Assembly (NCBI RefSeq): GCF_006345805.1 | Contig: NC_043013.1 | Location: forward strand, 54,250,001-54,314,000 | Length of the DNA: 64,000 bases | From: Octopus sinensis | Taxonomy: Eukaryota | Direction of reading: 5' to 3' | Part shown: one piece after another, positions 13,721 through 25,415 of the stretch | How the letters are laid out: each line of letters begins with the position of its first letter | How positions within the stretch are numbered: position 1 is the stretch's first letter | Program-made: the position numbers and the translations under genes | Notes under the pieces: model-generated | The model's input: the letters and a program-made list of their open reading frames with translations, nothing else | The model's database searches: none | What the model was told of the DNA's origin: nothing

Positions 13721-14444
13721 GAGTAATGAAAAAAGTCATTTAGAAAGAGGTTGGTCTGAGGTAGACTAGTTAGAGGGTTAGTATAATGTTAATGACATTG
13801 TTCTTCCTAGTAAACGAATTTGCTTTATCTGAGAAGAAAGTTCAACTACTTTGATGTCTATACACCTTCCTTCACAAATAAAGTTTATGGTTTCATGTCC
13901 AGGTTAAAACATGGAGGTGGTTCCTTCTACATTAACGTTGATATTGGTGGAATATTGGATGGAGGTGTTCTGTGGAGAAAATATTGAGTTGTGTTTAAAG
14001 AAATTATATCTGATGTGAGTAAAAGTAGAGATGATAATAAAGGAAAAGTAGGAATGCAGCTGGCCTTGGATGAAAGTCATACCACACAGATTTTTTTTTG
14101 TTCAGGAAACAAGGAATTTTTTTGTAAAAGTTGTAAAACTGACCAAAGAGAGGAACTGTGTCTTTGTGCTAATGGTTATTACACAAGCTGAAAGAATTCA
14201 GTATACTAAGAGAGGGGGTTGATTTAATTTCCTAAATTTTTTAAGGCACAAAGTCAAATGGTAGCAGCCAATGGTTCTGTGGGGAAAATGAGCAGTAATT
14301 ATTGCAATACCTGGAATCATCATTCTGGGACTATCATAGTTTTTTTTTAATATTATTATTTATTTGTTGTCAGATATAAATAAAAATGTACAATGGACTC
14401 CCTTTAGAAACTGTAAGAGAACATGTATAATATAGTAAATTAAG

Positions 14445-14828
14445 ATACCAGACATGGTTGTGTGGTAAGAAGTTTGCTTTCAAACCACATGGTACTGGGT
14501 ACAGTCTCACTGTGTGGCACCTCTACTACAGCCTTGGGTTGACCAAATCTTTGGGAGTGGATTTAGCAGATGAAACTGAAAGATGTGTGTGCATGTGGGT
14601 TTGTATCTCCTTGTCACGATAGCACATGTAGTTGTAGATGAGTATCGCTGTCAAAGAAGCAGAGTAATTCATACCTAATATTTTGCAAGAACATATCTGG
14701 CCATGGGGAGATGTAATACTCTGCTTGGAAATAGGTGAGGGTTAGCTGCAAGACAGGTGTCTGACGATAGAAAATCTGCCTCAAATATACTCCATCTGAC
14801 CCATGCAAGCATGGAAAAGTAGATGCTA
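14445..14828 (+). mobile_element. SINE family A2 (tRNA head + RTE-type tail)
   Basis: Head gttgtgtggtaagaagtttgc..gggtacagtctc, (TG)n, body, tail acccatgcaagcatggaaaagtagatgctaa shared with RTE 3' ends. Confidence 0.7.
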
Positions 14829-15522
14829 AGTAGATGATACCCTCTAACCAGATTAAGATACAATATATAACTGGGCAAATATCATTAAATGTTGTTTCCT
14901 GCTTCAACATTTTGCATCCTCCATTATAGGCAGAAAATTCTAACATTGTTACACATTTATCTGGAAAAGAAATCATGAAAAACAGTGAAACCACAATTAC
15001 CTGGAGATTATTAGGTCTGAATATGAATGTTTATCTACATGCAGTCACAGATAATTATATTTTGAGGGCCCAGTGGCTAGCTACTGAGAATGTTCATTAT
15101 GAGACCCTCAGTAAACTGCTACATCCATTTTGAAAGGACTTTCCATAGGGATCATGAAGACATTACATCAAATGTTTGTCTTCAAAGCCATCTACAGATT
15201 TTATGTTTGAACGACATAGCTCCACGGTCCAAACACCTATAAAGCCATGCTGTGTTTGAAGTATTCTTTAAATCACATGGGGAAGATTATTGAATGAACA
15301 TCAGTGTTGTGAATGAAGACAAAAATAAAAAAAGAATTGAAGTAATTAGCACAACAACATCCTGTCCATACTCAGGTGTTTTTGGTTGATGAAGTTTAAG
15401 GAATTAATTCTTACTTCATTTCTCCCTCTTTCTCTCATACACAGTGTGTAGACAATAACCTGTTTGCTTGTGAATTATCATGCAGAAGAATTTTGGATGT
15501 TTGGGCACGTAAAAAAGAACCT

Positions 15523-15865
15523 TTTGAGCATAATCGTTATCAGTGTCACCTTACTGGCACATGAACAAAACATTTGAGCGAGGTCATTGCCAGTGCCACT
15601 GGACTGACTCCTGTGCAGGTGGCAAGTAAAGAAACACCGTTTCGAATGTGGCCATAGCCAGTACCGCCAGACTGGCCCTCGTGCTGGTGGCACGTAAAAG
15701 CACCCACTGCACTCTCAGAGTGGTTGGCGTTAGGAAGCGCATCAGGCTGTAGAAACACTGCCAGATCAGACTGGAGCCTGGTACAGCCTCCATGGCTTCC
15801 CAGACCCAAGTCGAACCGTCCAACCCATGCTAGCATCGAAAATGGGCGTTAAACGATGATGATGA
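15523..15865 (+). mobile_element. RTE LINE 3' UTR fragment with (GAT)n tail
   Basis: Ends ccgtccaacccatgctagcatcgaaaatgggcgttaaacgatgatgatga, the same end as the coding RTE fragment at 61912-62460. Confidence 0.8.
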
Positions 15866-15869
15866 GTTT

Positions 15870-16143
15870 CATGAAGACGATGACAAGTGTCTGTGACTGT
15901 TAGCAGTGTGCTGTGCCTGAGAAGACATACCAAGCGTAGTGAAATCATGGTTGTGGCCAGTGCTGGTCTCGCGTAAAAGGCACCTGTTACACTTTATGAA
16001 GTGGTTGGCATTTGGAAGGGCATCCAGCAGTAGAAACCAAACCAAAGCAGACTGGAACCTGGTGCAACTCTCCAGTTTACCAGTTCCAGTCAAACCATCT
16101 AACCCATGCCAGCATGGAAAACGGATGCTAAATGACGATGATT
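15870..16143 (+). mobile_element. Second RTE 3' end, tandem to the previous copy
   Basis: Starts with a degraded ORF end (MKTMTSVCDC*QCAVPEKTYQA*) and ends aacccatgccagcatggaaaacggatgctaaatgacgatgat. Confidence 0.75.
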
Positions 16144-19100
16144 TGATAGAGAAGAGAGATATAACATATTTAATATACTCATTTTCAATTCTGGTACATA
16201 ATATCACTTCCCACATTCACTCCCTCACACACATACATACATACACCATGTTGCACTCGCATTCTTGATTTTTATGTAGAATGAGAAGGAAAATATTTGT
16301 GAGATTAATGATCTTTGGCTTGGTCAGATCTCTGGTCATCCTGATTTGCTCAAAGTAAGAATAAATGAATCACTAATCTAATAATGTCCTCCAGTAAAGA
16401 CATCATCAATTCATTATAATTTAAAATCGCATTTAATTATAACTGAGCATATTCATTAAAATTAGAGATGAATTCTTCATTCTCACTACATTACCATGAA
16501 GCAATTATTCTAATTTTCTGTGTCATATAAATATTTCAGAATGTTTGAACCCCTTATAAGGAGATTTTCTAAAGTAGTGACATTAGTATGAAAAAATGGA
16601 AAAAGAAACATTTATAGTGTATCAAATAATACAGAGAGAGAGAAAAAAATATATTGGAACAAAATATCGGAAATTATTTTACAGTCAACGGAAAAATCAA
16701 AGCAGATGTAACAAATTTGATCAAAGACAAAAAATCTTTGATCAAGCCCAGTTCCGGACTCATTATGGCACCATTAAAGTCTACCGTTATTATGTCTTTT
16801 TGAAATAAAAGCCTGCTGGTCAAAGGAAACTAACTTATTCCATGAAGATAAAACCATAAAGTACATCATAGTTAAAATGATTTGGAGAATCCAAAGAAAA
16901 TTACACACACATACACACACACACACACGCATATAGACATTGTTGATTAGTCTCAGATCAGCACTTATCAAGTTGGGTTATGATCAAAGAGTTTCCAGCA
17001 ATGACTAGGCCATCTTTTTCTTTTGTTCTAACACTGTTTAGCTAAGACTACACTGTCCAACATGTCCTTATTTTTTAAAACAGTTGAGTGCGATTTTAGT
17101 AGGATTTGGTAGCTATTTCTAGCGAGGTCCTCATTAGCTCAGCTCCATGTAATGTAATTATGTTTGCTAGTGCATATGATTATTTACCATGTGTTTTATT
17201 CCATAGTCGCTGTCTAATTAATGGAAGACCACAGAGGCTGACGAGCGTCTCTATCTACCTTTCATTGTAATTTTGAGATTGACAGTTTTCACTTAATTAG
17301 ACCTTAAACTATCCTTTTGTGATAACTAACAACCTTTATCGAGCTGCTTTCACCTCTTTCCCATGTCTTTTTGCTCACATTCTGTCCACTTGGTTTTTCT
17401 TTACACAATTCTCACATTTCATTGACACACCCAAACCACTCTCTCCTGCACCTCTTTCTCATCTCTCCAGTTTTTCTTGCAGCTCTTTTGCTTTCCATCA
17501 TTTTATGCACACTAACATTTGATATACCAAAAACCTTCCACATTTCAGTTCTTTTCAACCTCCACACTTTCTCCTCCACATTCAATCTCTCTCTGTTGCT
17601 AACATTCAATATTGCACTACTTACAGCTGTATCTTATAAGCTGCTCTTCCCTTAGAGACTAAATCCTCTTTGTGTGAATGTGTATGCACTTATATACATT
17701 CACACATGCAGTACATACATTGGTGTTACAACAATCTATGAAGTCTATTCTATTTTCCAACTAACCTATATTGATTGAAGTAAACAAGACAAAAACTGCA
17801 GAATATTTAAATTATTATTTGGTCTGTTAAATTGATTGATTTTTATTTTACTGGAGTAAAATATAATCCACCAATTGAACTTCCTCAGCTACACATGGCT
17901 CTTCAATCAAAACAAAACTGCCTGTAGAGGAAATACTCCAAATTTGGCAGAAAAAAAAACAAACTAATATATATAAATATAAGTATCTCATATTGATTTT
18001 TACACATCTTCATCTCTATTTTGGTTCTATAAAATTAATTTTTATGAAAATTTTAAAGCCAAATATTCTTAAAATAACTTTTCCATATAACTCCACAACG
18101 ATATTAATACATTAAATATCAGCTGAATCTTCATCTGTATTATCAACATTTTTTAATAATGATAACAATTTTGTTTCATTACTGTGTTAATATAATTAAT
18201 ATAGTGTATCCAATATTAAACTTATATTTGTCAATGTCATCATATATTAATTGTATTGTAATGAATGAAAATAAAATATTGTCATCAGTTTTATTTGGAA
18301 TTATTCTATCTTCAAGGCAATGGGGTGGGTAGGTGTGATTTCAAGAAAATCCCTTACAGGGTTCGTGATGAGACATACAGGGGACTGTGTTAAGTAAGAT
18401 TAGAGTTTGTGGTTTTACTGGAGGTAATTAAAGACGAGGACGATCTAACATCACCAAGTACTCAATAGATGATGACAAGGACGACAGTGATGATGATTAT
18501 ATTTGTGGTGGCGCTGACGGCGATGTTGAAGATGCTGAAAACTTGGTTTGTGTAAATGCATGTTAAGTGTTGACAAGCGAAATAAATCTTGGGATAAAAT
18601 AATGTACAGGAAATTATTTAGTTCATAGCTGAGATATGGGAATTAAGGTTGTAAGGAATTAAGGGGTAACATAGGCTTACGTAGAGATGGCAGAGATCAA
18701 GTTAAATTAAGGGCAGAAGCAGAGTGTCAATGGTGATGAAAATGAGAAGATGGAGAGTGACAAGAAGAAGATGAAAGTTAGGCTACATTTTTGGAAGTAT
18801 GAATTTATGAAGTGGATGGTTAAATGGATGATACCAGTCGACCAGACTCTGTGAAACAAACTTCATCTTTTTTTAAAGTGATCTAAGTTGAAACTCACCA
18901 TCGAAATGCCATTTTAATTTATATTCCAAATCCCAACTTAATATTAACAATTATATTTTGTCAACTCTTCATTATTTTCAAAATGAATTGAATCAGAGGC
19001 AGAGTATTTCACCAGAAATATGGTAACAAAATGGCGAATATACCAATGACTGGTGTTGAGGATGTTGGCCTTATAGTGAAACCTTTCACGAGAGACAGTA

Positions 19101-19833
19101 ATTAGAGCTTGTTTGTTTAGTAGTAATTATGGTTAATCAGAAGTTAACTGGAAAATTTGTTTCTTAGAAATTGCCAGCTTTTGCAATTTGTATTTTAAAC
19201 ATTATGAAAGTGCTGGAAACCTATTACATGAAATTTTGTAATTATTAATTAAAGATGTTAAAGTGGTTGAAAATGTTCGATGCCAGATAAAATAGCTTCT
19301 GCTAGTTAACCGTTTTATGTTCTGAAGTTATACCCTACGGGAATTATTGAACCTTTCTTCTTTATTTGATTGATACAGGAGTAAAGGATACCACCATAGC
19401 CATTCTCTTTGATTTACAACTTGTTTTACCTCATGTCAGAACATCTGCGGCTTCTGTCAGTCTCAGTTGGTCATTTTCTCTTCTTTTTGTTGTTTTTGTT
19501 GGATCTAGAGGAAGAGAAAATACCCACAACCTCTGCAGGTCCATCCAGGCCACTGAGCGTGAGACCATTAATATTTCTCTTGAACATTTGTATGTCAACA
19601 TCTGCAGAGGAAGGGAATTCTAGGGGATTGGTGCTGGTGTTGTGATGGGGGAAGGACTGGGTGTAGCAATTAGAGCTGGCTCTAGATAAGGTCTTTTTTT
19701 AACAATCCTTCACACTCGATTGATATTTTATCAACCATAGATTGATGAAAGTTAAACGTGACGTCAGGTGGGATTTGAAACGGAGCATATACTGCCAAGC
19801 CTTCTATTCAAGACTCTGATGATTCTTCCAAGC

Positions 19834-19905
19834 CATCATCATCATTTAACATCCTCTTTCCATGCTGGCTTGGGTTGGATGGTTTGATAGGAGCTGGTGA
19901 GTCAG
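19834..19905 (-). mobile_element. Very short RTE 3' end
   Basis: catcatcatcatttaacatcctctttccatgctggcttgggttggatggtttga. Confidence 0.7.
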
Positions 19906-19960
19906 AAGATTGATCCACAAATTTATATTAGAATATGATGTGTGTCTCTATATATATATA

Positions 19961-20090
19961 TATATTAGAAGAAATGAGGTACTCAGAAATCTGGATGATA
20001 TATGATTTATAAAAACATGTAACATACTAATAAATATCTGTAAATATAAAACCATCCAGATATCTGAGTACTTCATTTCTTCTAATATAT
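19961..20090. mobile_element. Fold-back (palindromic) MITE-like element in (TA)n
   Basis: 37-bp inverted arms 19961-19997 and 20053-20089 with 2 mismatches, 55-nt spacer, TA repeats on both sides. Confidence 0.7.
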
Positions 20091-20116
20091 AATACCTGTA
20101 CATCATCTCCAAACCG

Positions 20117-20204
<88 letters not shown>

Positions 20205-20208
<4 letters not shown>

Positions 20209-20480
20209 GAGGTGCAATGGCCCAATGATTAGGGCAGCAGATTTGTGGTCGTAGGATTGCGGTTTTCTATTCCCAGACCGGGCATTGTGTTTATTGAGCA
20301 AAAACACCTAAAGCTCCATGAGGCTCCAGCAGGGGGTGGTGGCAACTTTCTCTCACCCTTTCTTCTGTTGGCCTGCTCACCTAGCCAGCGGGGTGGCATC
20401 ATTTGAAGGCTAAAACAATGGGAAGCACATTGTGACCAGCGATGTGTAGCAACATCTGATAGCCTGGTCGGTCACACTGA
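20205..20480 (+). mobile_element. tRNA-derived SINE, distinct family
   Basis: A-box tggcccaatgattagg, B-box-like ggttttctattcc; the body is unrelated to families A and B. Confidence 0.7.
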
Positions 20481-20484
20481 TATA

Positions 20485-20777
20485 TCTTTATATATAAAAG
20501 AGAAGTTGTGTGTCTGTCTCCTACGATTTAGATTCCTAACTACTTTTGCGGTGCAGTTTAACCAAAACTGGGTATCTTATAGTCGTGATTCATATCGAGC
20601 CCTACTGGGTATTAGCGCGCATCTATGATGAGTCTACGATTTAAAAAAAAAATTTACCATCATTTTTTTCCATTTTAATGCATTTTTTTCGCTATTATAT
20701 AAAGGAAGTAACTCTCTAAAAATGCTTATATAGTTATTTCCCTTACAAACCTGAGCAACGCCGGGCGATACTGCTAG
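20485..20777 (+). mobile_element. Non-autonomous Helitron (subfamily 2)
   Basis: A|TC start at 20485, CTAG|T end at 20777, hairpin cctgagcaacgccggg; the 3' ~35 nt are shared with subfamily 1 but the interior differs. Confidence 0.8.
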
Positions 20778-20794
20778 TATATATATATATATTA

Positions 20795-20849
<55 letters not shown>

Positions 20850-20884
20850 TTATAAGCACACGCATGCACGTGCACACACACATG

Positions 20885-21100
20885 CATCATCATCATCATT
20901 TACTGCCTGTTTTCCATACTGGCATGGGTTAGACGATTTGACAGGAGCTGGCCAGTGAAGGAACTGCCAGACTCCAATTGTCTGCTGTAGCATGGTTTCT
21001 GTGGCTGGATGCCCTTCCTAACACCAACCATTTTACAGAGTGTGCTGGGTGCTTTTTACATGCCACTGGCACGGATGCATTTACACAGCACCATTTTATG
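20885..21100 (-). mobile_element. RTE 3' UTR fragment
   Basis: (CAT)n followed by tttccatactggcatgggttagacgatttgac...ggatgcccttcctaacaccaacc. Confidence 0.75.
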
Positions 21101-21786
21101 TGACAATGGCTCCTGTCAAGGACAAGCCTGTATAGACAGGGGACAGGGATTTCACTTAGTCTTTTATGTATATTGCAATGACAGCAACAAACTTTACCTG
21201 CAAATAATCAGCACTTATTACATGATGGTTTACATGGAATCGCCTTGAGTAAAGATATCCCTGATAGTTTAAGACGAATTGTTGCTAAGGACAAACAAAA
21301 GCTGCACATACTGTCAGCTACCAAGGTTAAGGTCAAGCAAGCGGAATATTTGCTGCAGCCCATCTTATGTCATAAATTGATATAAATATTTGGCATAGAT
21401 GTAAAGTAGTAATTTATCTACTTCCATTCTTAGATTCATAATTAAAGACACATTTTCAGAAATACAGTATTCAAGGAAATATTCAAAACTAGAAATGCAG
21501 ATTATTAATGGAGTTTAATAATTCACAGCCATATGACTTACAGAATCTATAAACTGATTTTAAAGAAGAATTACTAATTTAATAATCAAATGCATCATTC
21601 AAAAGAATGAGCACTAAAACTGAGCACTAAAACAGAAATTTGTACGAGTCGAACTAAACTGAAGCCTTACTTTGAATATAAATTTGTTGAATATTTATTC
21701 TTAATATGACAATTTCATGAATTAGAATCGTTACTTATAATTTATGATAATTAATTCCAAAGCAAATTTCTTCAAGAAAAAGGAGT

Positions 21787-22103
21787 CATCATCATCATCA
21801 TTTAACGTCCGTTTTCCATGCTAGCATGGGTTGGACGGTTTTGACAGAGGGCTAGCGAACCAGATGGCTGCACCAGGCTCCAATCTTAATCTGGCAGAGT
21901 TTCTACAGCTGGATGCCCTTCCTAATGCCAACCACTCGGAGAGCGTAGTGGGTGCTTTTTACATGCCACCTGCATGGGGGCCAGTCAGGCGGTACTGGCA
22001 ATGACCTCGCTTGAATCTTTTTACACATGCCACCGGCACAGGTGCCAGTGAAGCGACGTTGGTAATGGTCACGCTCGAATGGTGTCCTTTTACATGCCTC
22101 GGG
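21787..22103 (-). mobile_element. RTE 3' UTR fragment, low divergence
   Basis: catcatcatttaacgtccgttttccatgctagcatgggttggacgg plus two internal ~65-bp units. Confidence 0.85.
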
Positions 22104-22135
22104 TGTGTATTTATATGTTTGTGTACATGAATGCT

Positions 22136-22202
<67 letters not shown>

Positions 22203-22204
<2 letters not shown>

Positions 22205-22578
22205 TCTTTTACTTGTTTCAGTCATTTGACTGTAGCCATGCTGTAGCACCGCCTTTAGTCGACCAAATCGAGCCCAGGACTTATTCTTTGTAAGTCTAGT
22301 ACTTATTCTATCAGTCTCTTTATGCCGAACTGCTAAGTTATTGGGACATAAACACACAAGCATCGGTTGTCAAGCGATACTGGGGGGACAAACACAGACA
22401 CACACACATATATACAGCGGGTTTCTTTCAGTTTCCGTCTACCAAATCCACTTACAAGGCTTTGGTCGGTCCGAGGCTATAGTAGAAGACACTTGCCTAA
22501 GGTGCCATGCAGTGGGACTGAACCCGGAACCATGTGGTTGGTAAGCAAGCTACTTACCACACAGCCACTCCTGTACCT
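22203..22578 (-). mobile_element. SINE family A1, full length
   Basis: Reverse complement of the 4277-4675 element with intact A and B boxes. Confidence 0.88.
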
Positions 22579-23409
22579 ATATATATATTATATATATATA
22601 TATGTGTAGACAATACAAAACTATGAACTTGCTATGAACCCTTTTCTTCTAAATGTTTAATGAATATGTACTATTGAGTAATCCGTCAGTTTCAAATAAA
22701 AACAAATAATGCTTGTCTATCTATCTATCTATCTATCTATCTAACTATATATATATATTTCTCTATCAATCTATCATCAGTCAAAAGCCAACCTTACTTG
22801 ATTGAAAGTGTCAACCAATCAAAGTGATAGTTTATGGATTTCTCAATATTTGATGAGAAATGTCTTATCTTAAAATACTACTTTCACTATTTAGAAAGAC
22901 AAAAACAACTTGTGTATAGATGCTTAGATTAAACATGATAAAAATAAATATACACTGATGAGAATGGATATTATTACAAAATATAATCAGAAAATATCCT
23001 ATAAAGTTAAAGAAGGGAATTTTTTTTTATGATTCAGACTTGTAGTTCAAAAACAAAAAAAACAAAGATTATGGAAAGGAAATGGTAAAAAATGTTATGT
23101 AAAACTAGATGAGGATTAATTTTTTTCCTAAGTTTTTGTTGTAATTATTAGTTGAAAGAAATCAAAGATTTGTTGATATATGCAGCAGTTATATACTGAG
23201 AATGGATTTTTTAAATCTTGAAAACTTCAAAGAAAGTAATGATAATTGCAATTCATATATCTTCATATTTTATTTCAGGAATAAAGATTATCTTCTTAAT
23301 GGTAAACAGTATCTTTGAAGCAGTGCTATATTACATGTATATTAATATTTTTATGCTTCTCTCACACACTGAATAGTCATTTTAGAATATCATTATTATT
23401 AATATTATT

Positions 23410-23935
23410 ATTGAGTGAGAGAGCAGTGCATTCCATAAAAGTGACACTAGAGTACAAATATATGAAGCCCAATATACCCATCATGACTAGCCATCTGATA
23501 AGGGTACACCAGGCACATGCTTCACAACCATATGTATGCAACATGGTGATGTCATGTCAAGTTATGACCTTGCAGGTGGAGCCGAGTTAGAATTTTCTTC
23601 AGGTTGAGTAGCCCATCCTGCTCAAGAAGTCCCTGAATAAGGTTTGTTTAAGGATGATGAACAAAACACCCATGTTTTGAGAGGTGAATTATCCAAAGAC
23701 CAAAGAATTCCTCTCAAAAGACAGCTATGATACTACCCACTTACTCCTGTTCGTCATCAGTGATGCTCATACTGTCAGCCACCAAGGGACATGCTCAACA
23801 GGTTATGGTCAAGCAAGCAAATATTTGCTGCAGCCCATCTTTTATACCATGACAAAGCATGTACATGATAACACTTCCAATCAGTTAAGATCTGAAGCCA
23901 TGAGTGACACAACCTGGTACTGTATCAGGGCATTT
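23410..23935 (-). mobile_element. ~520-bp non-coding interspersed element flanked by (TAA)n at both ends (orientation assumed)
   Basis: Homologous copies at 46190-46695 and 46743-47008, fragments at 21290-21370 and 42185-42240. Confidence 0.7.
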
Positions 23936-23953
23936 ATTATTATTATTATTATG

Positions 23954-24310
23954 AAGGTGGTGAGCTGGTAGAATTGCTAGCATACTGGGGGATTTGCTTT
24001 TCCTTTTGGGGTCAATAAATTAAGTACCAATGAAACACTGGAGTCGATGGAATTGACTGGCCCCCTCCTTGAAAATTCAGGCCTTGTGCCTATAGTAGAA
24101 AGGATTATTATCATTATTATTATTAAGCAAACTGGCAGACTCTTTCCTTCTAACCCTTCATATCTGAATGCGAAAGCTGTCAAGGTCAGCTTTGTCTTTT
24201 TGTCCTTTCAGGAGTCAATAAAATAAAATAGCAGCCGAGTGCTGGAGCTGATGTCATTGACTGCCACCACCACCACCCCACTGAAAATTGCTGTTTCTGT
24301 GCAAAAATTT
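23954..24310 (+). mobile_element. Two tandem degraded SINE family B copies
   Basis: aaggtggtgagctggtagaattgctagc head; second copy follows an (ATT)n linker at ~24105-24125. Confidence 0.65.
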
Positions 24311-24619
24311 GAAACAATTATTATTATCATTATCATGTACAATTTTGAGATTGAAGAAAAATACTTTCAACTAATATTCTCAATTCCATTTAATGTTTTT
24401 TCTATGCGACATGACTCTAGAGAAAGCTCATCTAATACTAATTTTACCGTTTACCAATTGTGAGTGTTGCTGAGGTGCCTAATTGCAAGAATTTTGTAGT
24501 TTTGATTCTCACTGAACAATTACTTGCAAATGGGATTAAATGGTTTTAGGTAAGCCATCAGAAGTTGTTATTGTCATTATTGCCATTGTTATCATGATCA
24601 TTGTTTAACAGATAATGGA

Positions 24620-25012
24620 TCATGAATTCATTCAGGCAGATTTTCTATGGCTAAATGTTCTTGCTGCCAACAATCCTCACCTGTTTCCAAGGAGACCAAT
24701 ATTTCCACTAGTCTTTTGCACATGTGTCGCACAATTGCTGAACTGGCTTTCATGAAAATTTTAAACAAATGGCACTGTTTGTAGGCTGGAGACATTTGTT
24801 TACAATTAGTACGAAATGTCAAGACAAGGAAACACACACACGCACACAATGGGGTTCTTTCAGTTTTTTTTCTACCAAATCTACTCACATGGCTCTCATC
24901 AGGTCAGGGCTATACTAGAAGACATTTGTCCAAAGTGCTTTGTGGTGGGACAGAACCTGAAATCATGAAGCTATGAAGTAAACTTTTTAACCACACAGCT
25001 AAGCTTGCACCT
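24620..25012 (-). mobile_element. SINE family A2
   Basis: Same head and body as 14445-14828 in reverse orientation. Confidence 0.65.
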
Positions 25013-25060
25013 ACACAAAATGTTCAAAGTCCTTCGTTTTTAACATTTTAATAATGCTCA

Positions 25061-25415
25061 TCATCATCATCATCATCGTTTAACGTCCGCTTTCCATGCT
25101 AGCATGGGTTGGACGATTTGACTGAGGTCTGGCAAAGCAGACTCCAATCTCATCAGGCAGAGTTTGTACAGCTGGATGCCCTTCCTAGTGCCAACAACTC
25201 CGAGAGTGTAGTGGGTGCTTTTACTTCCACCGGCACGAGGGCCAGTTAGGTGGTACTGGCAACGGCCACACTCAAATGGTGCTTTTTATGTGCCACCTGC
25301 ACAGGAGCCAGTCCAGTGGCACTGGCAACGACCTCACTTGGATGGTTTTTTTTCACGTGCCACCAGCACAAGTGCTAGTAAGGTGACGCAGGTAACGATC
25401 ATGCTCAAATGGTGT
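25061..25415 (-). mobile_element. RTE 3' UTR fragment with three internal units
   Basis: catcatcatcatcgtttaacgtccgctttccatgctagcatgggttggacg; repeated gccagt..actggcaacg units. Confidence 0.85.

Noticed and set aside
14843-14960. Minus-strand DKCVTMLEFSAYNGGCKMLKQETTFNDICP after a strong acceptor
   Set aside because: Wrong entry phase for the next THSD7 exon, no TSP1 pattern, weak donor, and it runs into a SINE.
19651-19663. 13-mer gaaggactgggtg shared with 43044-43056
   Set aside because: Chance 13-mer matches are expected in a 64-kb self-comparison, and the match does not extend.
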